Positions 25,450 to 36,228 of a DNA stretch of 64,000 nucleotides are shown piece by piece. Source of the stretch: Basidiobolus meristosporus CBS 931.73. Its lineage: Eukaryota > Fungi > Basidiobolomycota. Positions within the stretch are counted from its first letter, which is position 1. Each line of letters begins with the position of its first letter. The translations under genes and the position numbers were made by a program. The stretch is from contig MCFE01000007.1 of the NCBI GenBank assembly GCA_002104905.1, positions 186,001 through 250,000 of the forward strand, given 5' to 3'. Under the pieces are notes generated by a model. The model worked only from the letters and a program-made list of their open reading frames with translations, was not told the DNA's origin and did not search any database.

Positions 25450-27243
25450 ATGGCCTCTCAACTAGTCAAGGATATATTCACGTCTTCTCTCAGCAACTCT
25501 ATTACTATTAACGAATTTGTGTTGGAAATGCGAAATGCTGGGATCAAGGCGAAATTCGGGACCTTTGTCAAAAAATGTAATTTGGTGACCGTATCGAAAA
25601 GAATTACACTTGTAAAGCCAATTCTGGAAGATATGGAGAGATGTTTCAGTACCGTCGAGCTCAAGGCAAATGCTGGAATCTTGCTGCCTCAGGGAATCAG
25701 TCTCTTTTACGTAACTGATAGAGACTTATGCGACTTCAACAGCATGGAGAGTCAAGAAAGCTATGGCATCGGTATGGAAGAAAGTGGCTTGCTCCTAGTT
25801 TATGCATGGCCAAGGAATAGCGTACACATATTGGACCTGCCGCAACTTTCAGAGCAATTGGATAAGATCACCCAAAGGCTAGCTGTATTACTGGAGTCAA
25901 AATCGCCCAAGTACGTGTATAATTGTCATCAGCTATTCGAGCGCCTCAAGCAATTCCTTTGGCTAAACTACAGAGACTTCAACAACATTTCCGACATCCA
26001 AGAGACAGGCCAGGAGCTTTCGTCGATGATCAAAAAAGCTGGTCTTCACCATTATCTAAAGGACTCAATGAACCCGAGCATTGTCCGGAATAGGGATGCC
26101 TGGCTTCATAGGCCTATCCATCGGGACCTGCTCACCTGTGCAGCGCTGGATGCTTATTGTATTCATCAGATTGCCCAGGCCACCAATACCACCCTAAGAA
26201 CAGAAGACGCAGTTTATAGAAAAAGTGACTTCTTTGTGACACAGGTCAACCTAGAGATTGAATGTGACACAGAAGCTATCAGTGAAAGCTTATGGCCTGA
26301 GCTGTTACAAGAGATCGAAATAACTGATACTGATTTATTTCTTGATATTGGAAAGAAGATCCGGTTGAACAGGCATTCCTCCACCAGAGTAATCCCGGCT
26401 TTCGAGGTTAGTGAGAAGCTGGTCCACGAAATTCTTGCAAAGCATTCTCCCGGAAAGCAAAATAGGGCCATAATAGGAAGTTCTTTTCATCGACTCTCCC
26501 GGATGATGTATGACGATAAGATAGCCGGGTTGACATGGAGAATAGGGAGGAGAATCAAGGGACTCGAACCCATCTTCCACGACAAGATAGGTGGTGCAGT
26601 GAACGTACTTCTTTGCGGCCCGCCCAACGTAGGAAAAACCTCACTCATAAGGGCATTGTGTCAGAATATGGCAAGAGAACGATCCCTCTGTTTAATTGAT
26701 ACATCAGGCGAGGTTTGTGGCGGTGGTCCATTGGGCGATGCTAGAGTATTCAAGCCGTGTGATCCACATAAGCAATACGAATTGATGATAGATATCATCA
26801 AGAATCACTCCCCCAGTCACATGGTAATCGATGAGATCCATACTATGGAAGAGATGAAGTTATGCTCCACCATATCCAAACGGGGGGTTAAAGTTATAGC
26901 ATCAGTTCATGGACTATTCGAAGAGCTGATATATAATCCACAACTCAACGTGTGCTTTGGAGGTATACACAAGATAGTTTTGTCGGACAAAAGGGCAGAA
27001 GCGTCTGGTAGAAAAACTCGAATTGAGCGATTAGAAAAATCTCTCTTTGATGTGGTTATTCAGCTAGATTTCAAGGAGGATCGCTTTCAATACTGCTTTA
27101 TTACTGAAGTAAATGATGCGGTAGATAAGGTACTAGACAACCAGCTAGTTCATGCTACATGCCGTTATCTCGTTGGAGATAGACTATATGAGAAAACGTT
27201 GCATATTGGCTCGAGCGATGAATACCTTCATCTTCCAAATTAG
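25450..27243 (+). CDS. Intronless fusion: short helical (HTH-like) N-domain + degenerate DEDDy 3'-5' exonuclease-like domain + ycf45/SpoIIIAA-type P-loop ATPase
   Basis: ExoIII-like AWLHRPIHRDLLTCAALDAY. ycf45-type motifs FHRLSR, GLTWRIGR, Walker A GPPNVGKT, IDTSGEVCG, HSPSHMVIDEI (Walker B), GVKVIASVHG and NPQL...GG. The ORF is open from 25357; the ATG at 25450 has the best context. Confidence 0.8.
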   Translation: MASQLVKDIFTSSLSNSITINEFVLEMRNAGIKAKFGTFVKKCNLVTVSKRITLVKPILEDMERCFSTVELKANAGILLPQGISLFYVTDRDLCDFNSMESQESYGIGMEESGLLLVYAWPRNSVHILDLPQLSEQLDKITQRLAVLLESKSPKYVYNCHQLFERLKQFLWLNYRDFNNISDIQETGQELSSMIKKAGLHHYLKDSMNPSIVRNRDAWLHRPIHRDLLTCAALDAYCIHQIAQATNTTLRTEDAVYRKSDFFVTQVNLEIECDTEAISESLWPELLQEIEITDTDLFLDIGKKIRLNRHSSTRVIPAFEVSEKLVHEILAKHSPGKQNRAIIGSSFHRLSRMMYDDKIAGLTWRIGRRIKGLEPIFHDKIGGAVNVLLCGPPNVGKTSLIRALCQNMARERSLCLIDTSGEVCGGGPLGDARVFKPCDPHKQYELMIDIIKNHSPSHMVIDEIHTMEEMKLCSTISKRGVKVIASVHGLFEELIYNPQLNVCFGGIHKIVLSDKRAEASGRKTRIERLEKSLFDVVIQLDFKEDRFQYCFITEVNDAVDKVLDNQLVHATCRYLVGDRLYEKTLHIGSSDEYLHLPN

Positions 27244-27805
27244 CTGGAGTATAAATTGATAGGTTATAATGCAAACGTCAGAAGCTCTACAATCACCTTC
27301 GTTTCTCTGCAAACTTTCCGCTCTTTTAATACTCGCACAACCATAAACCATTGACAAAAAGCTCTGTGAAACTGATGTAGATTTGGATATCAATTACGTC
27401 TTAAACCAGTAGGTTTTGGTCAATATTAGAGGGAAGAAGATACGAACGTCATCTGAAAGCATTAGATTTCTAAGCTTTCCTATTTGAACTAATCTTTTAC
27501 GGGATTTAAATAACCTGTCGCAGCGGGTAGTTAGAAGCAGAGGTACATAATATAGTCACTCAACACATGACGTTGATTACATTTAGAAGATAGTAGGGCC
27601 CGGCTTGAGTAATTGGTATTTATCATATCTTCTGCTACAGCATTCATTGGCATTCGTGTAGGAGTTCCGCAATGCGAGCGATCATGAGCCATTTTAATCA
27701 AGTATTACTCAGCCGCGAGCACCAACATTCAATCAAGTTATGTGATCAGAATTAGTAAGCAGAAGATGTGTATAAATGGGCGGCTGTTCAACCTATTCAC
27801 AATCA

Positions 27806-28939
27806 ATGAGTTCAATCACAGTAGCTTTGGCAGGAGGATCCGGTAATACTGAAGGACGGACAGGTCATTTATCCACTCACTAATTGTCTTTCAATAGGTG
27901 GCTTGGGAAGATATATTCTGGATGAGCTTCTATCTCAAGGGAAGCATCGTGTAGTGATTCTTGCTAGAGAGGTAAATTTTATCTGCTTCTTGCCATGTAG
28001 TTGCTTAGTGCTGAAATCTTCCGTGAAGCCTCGACCTGATCTGGAAAAATTAGGGGCTACGGTGGCAGTTGTCGACTACGCAAACTCCGAATCACTGTTG
28101 AAAGCGCTTCAAGGTGTCCACACAGTACTCTCCTTCATTTGGAGTGATGATGGAGGCCTGAAAGATGCGCAGATAGAGCTACTAAAGGCAGCCGAGAGAG
28201 CAGGTGTCAAACGTTTTGCCCCAAGTGAGTGGGCTTTGGATTCGGTTTCGTAAGTAGTACCGGATTTACCATGCTGCCGCGTAAGAAACTAAGATTACCT
28301 CCAAGATATGATGACGTTCCTCAGTATGCAGATAAAAAGCCAATCCGAGAGCTCCTAAGCAAGAGCAGCATTGAATCAACGCTGTTCTTCAATGGGCTAT
28401 TCTTGAATTATTTTGGGAAAGAAAAGGGGTACCTTCGAGAGGTCAATATAGTCTATGACGTTGAAAAGGGGACAGCTGTGATCCCAGGTACGGGCGAGGA
28501 ACCCTTGAGTGTCACTCACACTACAGATGTTGCACGGTATGTAGTCGCATCACTAGAGCAGCCAAAATGGAGACCTATCACAGGTATTGAGGGTGAGCGG
28601 ACTACTTTCAATAAGATACTGCATTCATTGGAAAGGGCAACTGGTAAGGCTTCATGACTTTGTCGGACTGTAGAATGGCGGCATATTGATGGAAAAGGCT
28701 GATCTATTTGTGATACATTCCTACTAGGCAAAACATTCCAAGTGGATTATAAGCCTGCCTCTGTGTTTGAGGCTAACATCCAGAAGAATCAGGGCCCTAC
28801 GATGGCAACATTCATGGACTATATCTGCCTGAGCTGGATCAAAGGCCATGGAGTTGTGACCCCATCTGTGAAAGAAGATTTTCCCCATATCAAGCCTGTA
28901 GGTGTTGCTGAATTCATTCAGCAGGAATGGGGGAGCTAA
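27806..28939 (+). CDS. NmrA-like / isoflavone-reductase-like NAD(P)-binding protein, spliced
   Basis: MSSITVALAGGS|GGLGR Rossmann motif, VDYANSESLLKALQGVHTVLS, AGVKRFAPSEW, NGLFLNY, THTTDVARYV. Several GT-AG introns. Confidence 0.88.
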
Positions 28940-29419
28940 ACCTGCGATTGACATTCGAAAGCTTTGATAGTATTATATATATATATCAAATAAAAGCGGA
29001 TTATGCTAGGGATTCACAATGATACCAGACTCTAGACTGCTCACACCAGTTGAGGTGCGGGGTGAAGTATATTCTATTTTGCACATGGTTTTGGGCTTAA
29101 TGTGACTGTATCAGCATCAACAGGCGGCACGAGTCAGGCCCTGAAATTTACCAAGCATGCTGAAGTGAATCATTCACCTGGTGGCAAGTGTTCACGCAGT
29201 TACACCTATCGAATTACTAAAGAGCACCTAAACTTTAGAGTGCTCATAATGCTCAATTGGGCAAGCATTCATCAAACAATGTCAAGTAACACCATGACCT
29301 ATGATGTATTGGCAATAGAGTTCACACGCAAGTATTCTTGATATATAATTTGTTTACTCTCATTCATGAATCAGAATGTTATTAAAATGACGAATAATGA
29401 ATTACAGTCTCCTCTAGTC

Positions 29420-30526
29420 TTATGCGGAAATCTCCATGGCATCTTCACTCACCTCAACTAAACTATAGATGTCGGTTTTCAAGACAGCTAGACAACGGAA
29501 CATTAGCTGAAACTGCGCTTACGATCCATAGTAGTCGGGATATATACCTGTAGTTCCAGCCTTGAAGGTGTAGTTCAACTCCTTGACACCACGCTCATTG
29601 GGCTTCGCATAATTACGCAACATCTCATGTTTGCCCTTTTCGATTACACAAACATCTACGTTGGAACCGGAGCCAAGGTCGTTGAAAATACCGGCCTCGA
29701 TAGCATCTTTTACGAGCTCGATAGCTTCCTGACGCTGTTCGAACGAAAAAACAATTAAAATGACTGAATGGTAATGACTGCATACTGTATACTCACCTCC
29801 ATATCTTTCTTCCAACGGCTTTCGAATATGGACATCGCAGCCAGAGAACCTGAACCCATCGTGACAAATGGAAGCTTATCAGTGCTACCGTGTGGGTAGA
29901 TGGTGAATAGTTGTGGTCCGTGAACATCGAATCCTCCTAGTACAAGGGCAGCGCCAATATGACCTTGATATCTGGATGAGACGAATCCATTAGTTCCCGT
30001 TAATTTAGATTTGTTGAAGAAAAAATCACGTAATTACTTGAACAATTTTTGCTTCAACATTGTCATGGCAGTAACCACTCTAGCCTCACGTCCAGTTGAG
30101 AGGCGATGCAACTCAAGCTCACTGCTAATTAATGCGGTGGTAAACTCGGTATCAGCAGCAGTACCTGCGCCGCAGCACCACATATTAGGTGCGAGGTAGT
30201 GAATTTTTTCACAGTTTTTATCAGCGACAATGGGACCTTCAGTGGCACGAGTATCGGCACCAAGTACAACACCATCCTGAAAAGAGGTTAGAAGGCGGGA
30301 TGGGAGATATTCAACGGACTAAGAGTACCTTAAATATCACGCCAACGATGGTGGTACCAGTCTTGGTGGCCTTGGGTAAGGGTAGACCTTTGGATTCAAG
30401 AACGGCATTTCTAAGAATTTGCCCTAAGTATTCTCCTCAATACTCAGCGGGAAATATCAAGCCAAGTTACCTTTTGAAGTTGTCGAAGCTAAAGCCGCCT
30501 TTGGGTAATTCGTATTGTTGCTCCAT
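29420..30526 (-). CDS. PUP1: 20S proteasome subunit beta type-2 (trypsin-like; PSMB7 orthologue), spliced
   Basis: Propeptide GGFSFDNF, catalytic [53 protein letters not shown] and [13 protein letters not shown]. Confidence 0.93.
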
Positions 30527-30813
30527 ATTGAAAAATGGTTGCTAGTGAGAGAACTATCAAAATGAATTGCTGTGGAAACCCGCTATTTCACATCCAAATA
30601 CGTATGCGCTATGGAATATTGGAAATCAAGGTCTGCCCCTCATGTCCGGAGTGAAATCCTCTGATTACGTGTAGTATTGCTAAGGTTTCCTATTCTATGT
30701 GATTAAATGGGTGATTTATTCCGAACACGATTTTCTGCAACTTTGAATTCTGACAGTAAAGGGGGATAATTTAAGTAGGTTGGTGGAGATATGATATATG
30801 GTACGTGCATGCT

Positions 30814-31422
30814 CTAAATAGGGCAAAATATTAGAGTGTTGCGGGAACAGAAAACGAAGAAGGCCACAACAAAGACGATCATTAGAAATATTATGGAAAG
30901 CATAATGTATACAACGTTCTTGACTTTATCCCATTTGCTCGACTTTTGACAAGTCCCATCCTTACAAGTACTAGAGTCCGAACATTGGATGGTGTCTGAG
31001 CAAGAACCCCCAACTTGAATTTTCTCTTTGCACAGATTGTCGGTGCCACAGAAAAGGGTGTTGCTTGCGCAATTCCCATAATATGGTGACAGAGTCTGTT
31101 CATTAGGTCCAAAGGCCCATTTAAGAAATTGGTTCCGGAGAGAGGGATTGGCTGGTGCTTGGCAATGAAAGCAAGTAGCGTTGACGGCACTGACTACAGG
31201 TTGAAATATGACCTTGCTAGAGGTGACCACACATCCTTGAGAGTTTCCAGGCAGACATAAAAAGCCTTCGGTTTGTACAAAGCATTTCTGGCCGACCTGA
31301 GGGCATACTGGTCCCGTTTCTACCACAGATATATCACATTGGGTGCTTTGTGCAAGGCCTGTGGGTACCAGAGCCGATATAATGACCACAACAAAGTAGA
31401 TTAGTTTATCCGGATGCAGCAT
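30814..31422 (-). CDS. Cys-rich single-pass membrane protein (signal peptide + Cys-rich ectodomain + TM)
   Basis: Likely start at 31422 (MLHPDKLIYFVVVIISALVPTGLA). About 14 Cys including an EGF/EB-like CKEKIQVGGSCSDTIQCSDSSTCKDGTC, then a hydrophobic VVYIMLSIIFLMIVFVVAFFVFC. The 3' end may be spliced further. Confidence 0.72.
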   Translation of the reverse strand: MLHPDKLIYFVVVIISALVPTGLAQSTQCDISVVETGPVCPQVGQKCFVQTEGFLCLPGNSQGCVVTSSKVIFQPVVSAVNATCFHCQAPANPSLRNQFLKWAFGPNEQTLSPYYGNCASNTLFCGTDNLCKEKIQVGGSCSDTIQCSDSSTCKDGTCQKSSKWDKVKNVVYIMLSIIFLMIVFVVAFFVFCSRNTLIFCPI

Positions 31423-31716
31423 TATGCTACTCTTGTTGAGAGGCAACCTGACTTTATGTATTTTAGGCTTTGATCCCCAAACATTACACCACATGAAAGC
31501 TTGGCAGGTATTGGGTAAAGAAGACCACTATTACGCACCTTTTCATCATAAGAGCTTGGCTACGCACCCAATTTTGGGTTTTGCATCACACCTGGTAAAG
31601 TGGTTGTATTTAAAGATCTCCATTTATAGTAATCTCGTGGGCTAGATGATTTACGGTTGAGGTATTTATTTTGGCAGAGATATTTACAGCGGAATCCGTC
31701 AATCTGCAATTAGGCT

Positions 31717-32715
31717 TTAAGATAAATCCAGGGTGAGAGTTTCATTCAGATAAAGATACGTGTATTCTTCCTCCGTATATACATCAACCTGACCACCAAC
31801 GACATAAACCTTGTTTTGCAAACCCAGTAACCGGGGCGAGATTCTTGGACTTCCTGGCAACTGGGGTAAGTTTTGAAGCCATTTCTTATTGGTTAAGTCA
31901 TAGGCGTGGGGCTGTGTATCCTCTGATGGGACAAAAAAGACCTTGTCTCCAACCACAGTGGCAGAGAATTGCTTGAGGTTACTCGGCAAATGATCTCCCT
32001 TCGACCAAGTATTCTTGGTTGTGTCATATATTTGAATTTCATCAGAGTACTGGTAGTCCACATCATAGTATTTCCCGCCGAAGAGATAGATGTCCGTGCC
32101 AAACGCTACGCAAGTCGCCTCCCCAACAGCAAGCGGCAGTGGGCTTCCTTGGCTCCATGTATCGGATGAAGAGGAGTATATGAGGGTGGTATTGTACGGT
32201 GTGGGGGTATCATCACCAGTGGAGTATCCTCCAAACAGGTAGATCGTCTTGTTCAGGCTGCAACCAGCAGCATCATAATACGTGTTAGGTAAAGAGGCAA
32301 GTTCACGCCACGAATCGGTGCTGGGGGTATAGGCCCAATTGTTCGCATAACTGATTAGCTCCTCGCCAGCCTTTGCCCCACCAATCACATAAAAGGTGTT
32401 TTCAATTACCACAGATGCAGTACGTTCTCGAACATCGGGTGCGTCTTTGCCGAGAGTCCAGGTGTTGTTAAGCGGAGAAAAGATTCGAGTCAATTTCGTG
32501 TCGAAAACGTCTCCACCTGAAGTGCCTTCTTGTCCCGCAACAAGGAGAAGTTGTCCATTAATTACTCCACCAGCCATGGAGGAGATCCCCCGACCAGAGA
32601 GTCTCATCTCAGTCGTAGTGGGTAAGTCAGCCAATCTTGTCCATTCAGCAGCATTGGCGAATACAGAGCCATATGCTACTGCCAACCAGGAGTGTAACGA
32701 GAAGGACAGCTTCAT
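31717..32715 (-). CDS. Secreted Kelch-repeat beta-propeller protein, intronless
   Basis: Signal peptide, then Kelch repeats FYVIGG...YTPSTDSW, IYLFGG...YSSSSDTW, IYLFGG...YDTTKNTW, VFFV...YDLTNKKW and VYVVGG. Confidence 0.88.
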   Translation of the reverse strand: MKLSFSLHSWLAVAYGSVFANAAEWTRLADLPTTTEMRLSGRGISSMAGGVINGQLLLVAGQEGTSGGDVFDTKLTRIFSPLNNTWTLGKDAPDVRERTASVVIENTFYVIGGAKAGEELISYANNWAYTPSTDSWRELASLPNTYYDAAGCSLNKTIYLFGGYSTGDDTPTPYNTTLIYSSSSDTWSQGSPLPLAVGEATCVAFGTDIYLFGGKYYDVDYQYSDEIQIYDTTKNTWSKGDHLPSNLKQFSATVVGDKVFFVPSEDTQPHAYDLTNKKWLQNLPQLPGSPRISPRLLGLQNKVYVVGGQVDVYTEEEYTYLYLNETLTLDLS

Positions 32716-33419
32716 AACGTAAATGTGGAGTACAGGCTTACATCAACCAGCGCTTATATATTGAAAGCAAGGTTCTGACACTGGCATGGATCACTGCTGT
32801 CGAAATCCCATGCAATAGTGACATGGCTAATTGGATCATATTTCTTGGGAGGCCACTTTGATAGGGCAGGATTGGTTCAAAATGGTCTCGGGTGGAAAAT
32901 GCCTGGATTAGAGGTGGAGTTGCCTTAACATATGTCCCAAATTGTCCAACAGTGCTTAAAACAACCGATTGACTCATAAATACGTCACTTCCGTGATTCT
33001 CGGTCAATGGGCATTCAGAGCTGGCATTTATACTATCTCACGGCCACCCTTGGCGCCTGTTTTCTGGCACAATGAGAATATGGGCTTGTCGGATCATTGG
33101 TGTCCACCGCATATGGCCTTCACCACAGGAGATGTGACTCAGAAATACGGCTTCCTGATCCTATCCCCAGTCCGTTGTGTTAGGTCCTTTGGAGTGGTAC
33201 TCGTTACACAGCAAGATCTATATTTCTTAACTCTGTGTTCCACACCTACGCCTGAAGGTTTACAATTGATAAGATAAATATCAAGAAACTCCACACGTTG
33301 TATGCATGGTGAGAGGAGACTTATAGATGTAGCAGTAACACTTCAAGATATATCATTTGAGGCGATATAAATCAGTTGGTGTGGTCCCCAGGATGTCCTG
33401 GCGTTGTAGGTGATCAGAG

Positions 33420-34200
33420 ATATAGCGTTGTGTGCTAATCGGGTCATCTGATTTGCTCTATCAGTAAGGGGGAACGAAGTGAGATTTGGAGATAAGCCTG
33501 GATCGATCAGTTTCAGCAGTATCGTCGTTCATTTCGATGTAGAGCATATACCACGCATGCCAAGCGTTGCTGTATATACGAGAGCCTAGGGACAGGCACC
33601 TCATTGGGTTCTATTCCAGTCTGGCTGAGGGCGGTGTGCTATACCCTTGGTGATCAACCCTGTTGAACTTCAGCCATACTACAACATCACCTGCCAATGC
33701 TCCGTCTTGCTACTTGCCTCATTCCTAACAAAACCTCCGAGGGTGCCAGAGGCTGCTTAAATTTGCCTATATTGACCATCAGCATCCTAGAACTTTCCAT
33801 GCTCTACTCAAGATCATCATTGGCTGTGTAACCAATGCAAATCTGATGGTTTGCTGTCAACGATGCCTGCTTATATGGTGCAAATCACCTCGATACTCAT
33901 ACCAGTTGAATCGCAATACAGGATTCTCGATACATCTTCCTTTTAAAATATCTAGTGGCTGGCAGCTTTGTTCTGCTCGACCTGGGGTGTGCATAGGCTC
34001 AAACAAGGTTATATTCAAGCACCTTGGCCACAATGTTTCCCCAAATGTCTTGATTGGCCATCCGAGTACTAGAGGCTCCATTTATGCAGAGGGGGAGATG
34101 CTTCAAAAATTCATTCGGTTTTCAGCAAGTGGCTCTGAATTTGAGTCACTTATACAGAGCTCCACCGATGCTCAAGTGCGGGAGGTGATCTAGGGCTAAT
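33420..34200 (+). mobile_element. Possible decayed LTR-retrotransposon fragment
   Basis: Broken frames with AWIDQFQQY (gag-like) and FKHLGHNVS (resembles Ty3/Gypsy RT YLGH.IS). No intact domain. Confidence 0.2.
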
Positions 34201-34478
34201 CCAGCCAGCAAAGGTAGAATTAGAGAAGCGTACTCCATGCCATTAAAATTCCGAACCATACCAACCCCCCACTTTTGGAGTGCCTCTGGTAGGTATGCAG
34301 TAAAGGAGAGGGCATCCAAAATACACTGCATATGATGTACTTGCACCCTCAAGTGTAACCAATAAGGTTATTGCTTAGAACCACTTATTAACAAGCTTCG
34401 AAGCTCAACTAGTGACGACACCACTATCGTTCTTCAGACCATTGTTAAAGATCCTTGGATATCCTAATACTTAGTGCA

Positions 34479-35405
34479 ATGCCATCACAATCAATTACTT
34501 CAACTCGAGATAGTGGGCTAGAATTGGCAGCATCTTCCTTTCAGTTGCCCAATCTACGTTCACTTTTTCCGGATTTGCTGGAGTCATCTAACTCTCTTGC
34601 TTCTCCGCTCCCCAACAGCAAACATCATAACCCATTCGATTTTCCTTGGAATTCTAAAGACCTTTGCACGTTCCCAAATGAGCCCTCTAACCATGGCTCA
34701 GCTAACTGCTGCAAGCCAGGTTGTAGCTGCGACTCTAACATGCTGGGTGATAACATCTATTTTTTCTCCAAACGGGAGAGATTACCCAGTATATCTTCAG
34801 CAAGCTCCTCCCCCTTATTAGCTACCCCGCAATCAACCACTGCCGGTCTTCCTACAGAATTCGTCGAGGTTGCGGAAAGGGCAGGATTCGAGCCTCCAAT
34901 ATCAATGACAAAGCCGTTTAGTTATTTAGGAAAGTCGGTGGGATTCGATGAGGGAGTTGTTAACTGGGCCTTCTCTGCCAAAAGGCCTCCGGGGGAACCT
35001 CATCCAGGCGTCTGCCAGAAATACCCCCAACCAGAATCAAGAATTACTTGGCAGGCAGAAAACCAGAGGCCTCTCGGCTCAGGTACGAATGAGCTTCTGG
35101 GGGACATGCCCTGCTCCATCAGTAAGTCCATTCCTGCCACTATACATAAGCCCTATCGATGCACCCATTGCGGCAAACGATTCGCCAGACCTAGCTCCTT
35201 GAATACTCACATTTACTCTCACACTGGGGAGAAACCATTCGAATGTGAGGAGGAGGGTTGCAATCGCCGCTTCTCAGTCCTCTCTAACTTAAGGCGTCAT
35301 GCGAAGCTCCATGTAAGAAGCCAGAGGGGACGCCATCTCCACAACAAAACTCTCGGTTCACCAATGAAACCAGAGGTTGGAGTGGCATATGTAGGACATT
35401 GGTAA
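34479..35405 (+). CDS. C2H2 zinc-finger transcription factor (two tandem fingers)
   Basis: YRCTHCGKRFARPSSLNTHIYSH-TGEKP-FECEEEGCNRRFSVLSNLRRHAKLH, with a low-complexity N-terminus containing LPSI-type repression motifs. Confidence 0.9.
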   Translation: MPSQSITSTRDSGLELAASSFQLPNLRSLFPDLLESSNSLASPLPNSKHHNPFDFPWNSKDLCTFPNEPSNHGSANCCKPGCSCDSNMLGDNIYFFSKRERLPSISSASSSPLLATPQSTTAGLPTEFVEVAERAGFEPPISMTKPFSYLGKSVGFDEGVVNWAFSAKRPPGEPHPGVCQKYPQPESRITWQAENQRPLGSGTNELLGDMPCSISKSIPATIHKPYRCTHCGKRFARPSSLNTHIYSHTGEKPFECEEEGCNRRFSVLSNLRRHAKLHVRSQRGRHLHNKTLGSPMKPEVGVAYVGHW

Positions 35406-36228
35406 ACAGCCTATGTCTCCTCGTACGACTCCCCTATATTTTCTCGGCTGTATATACTGCTTAATTCCTGCAAAGAACTTCGTATCATTTCTCACTTATT
35501 TATTTCAATCACATGCTTGAAATCCTCATTACAAGCCACACTTGACGCTGTAGATTCATATTTATATGTAGAAAAATGGATGTTTCCATTAGCGTTGACC
35601 CACTTTCCCTTACTCTCGATTAAAATATATTGCTAGCCTTTATTCCTATCTCGCATGATTCACCTGATCCCCATCCCAAAGCCATGATGGTAGTAGGTTT
35701 TGACGGTATAATGGACTTTTGGGCTCAGTTCGCACTAACTAGCGTACGCTGCTGCTATCTTTTACCGATCTGCGCCATAAGAGAACTATATTTACCCCGC
35801 AAGCCTCCCCTCCCCCAAGTAATGAACAATAGGTTCGACGAAAAATGGCATGTGCTATTGTGACTAGATTTGGACCCACTGGATATGATCCGGATCAATC
35901 TCCACCTATACGCAGGTCTAAAAATTGTAAATAGGGGGTCTGGGGGGTGGATAACAGCAAGATGCTTAATCGAATAGAAACTATTAGGGATGCTTTATGG
36001 TTTAACCTTATACGACTTAAGCAAAATATCTAAATGGCTGAAGAGACTATGAAGCTGACAACAAGAAAGATTCAATCGGATTGGATACGAATTGAGAGAA
36101 TTTGTTGTTATGGAAGGGCCAATAAGTAAACGAGTCATCTTTGATGAAATGCCCGATAAACAGAAAGATGGATGGAATCAAGTACGAAACTGGTGTTGCT
36201 CTAACCGCGACAAGGCTTCAGAAGAGCT

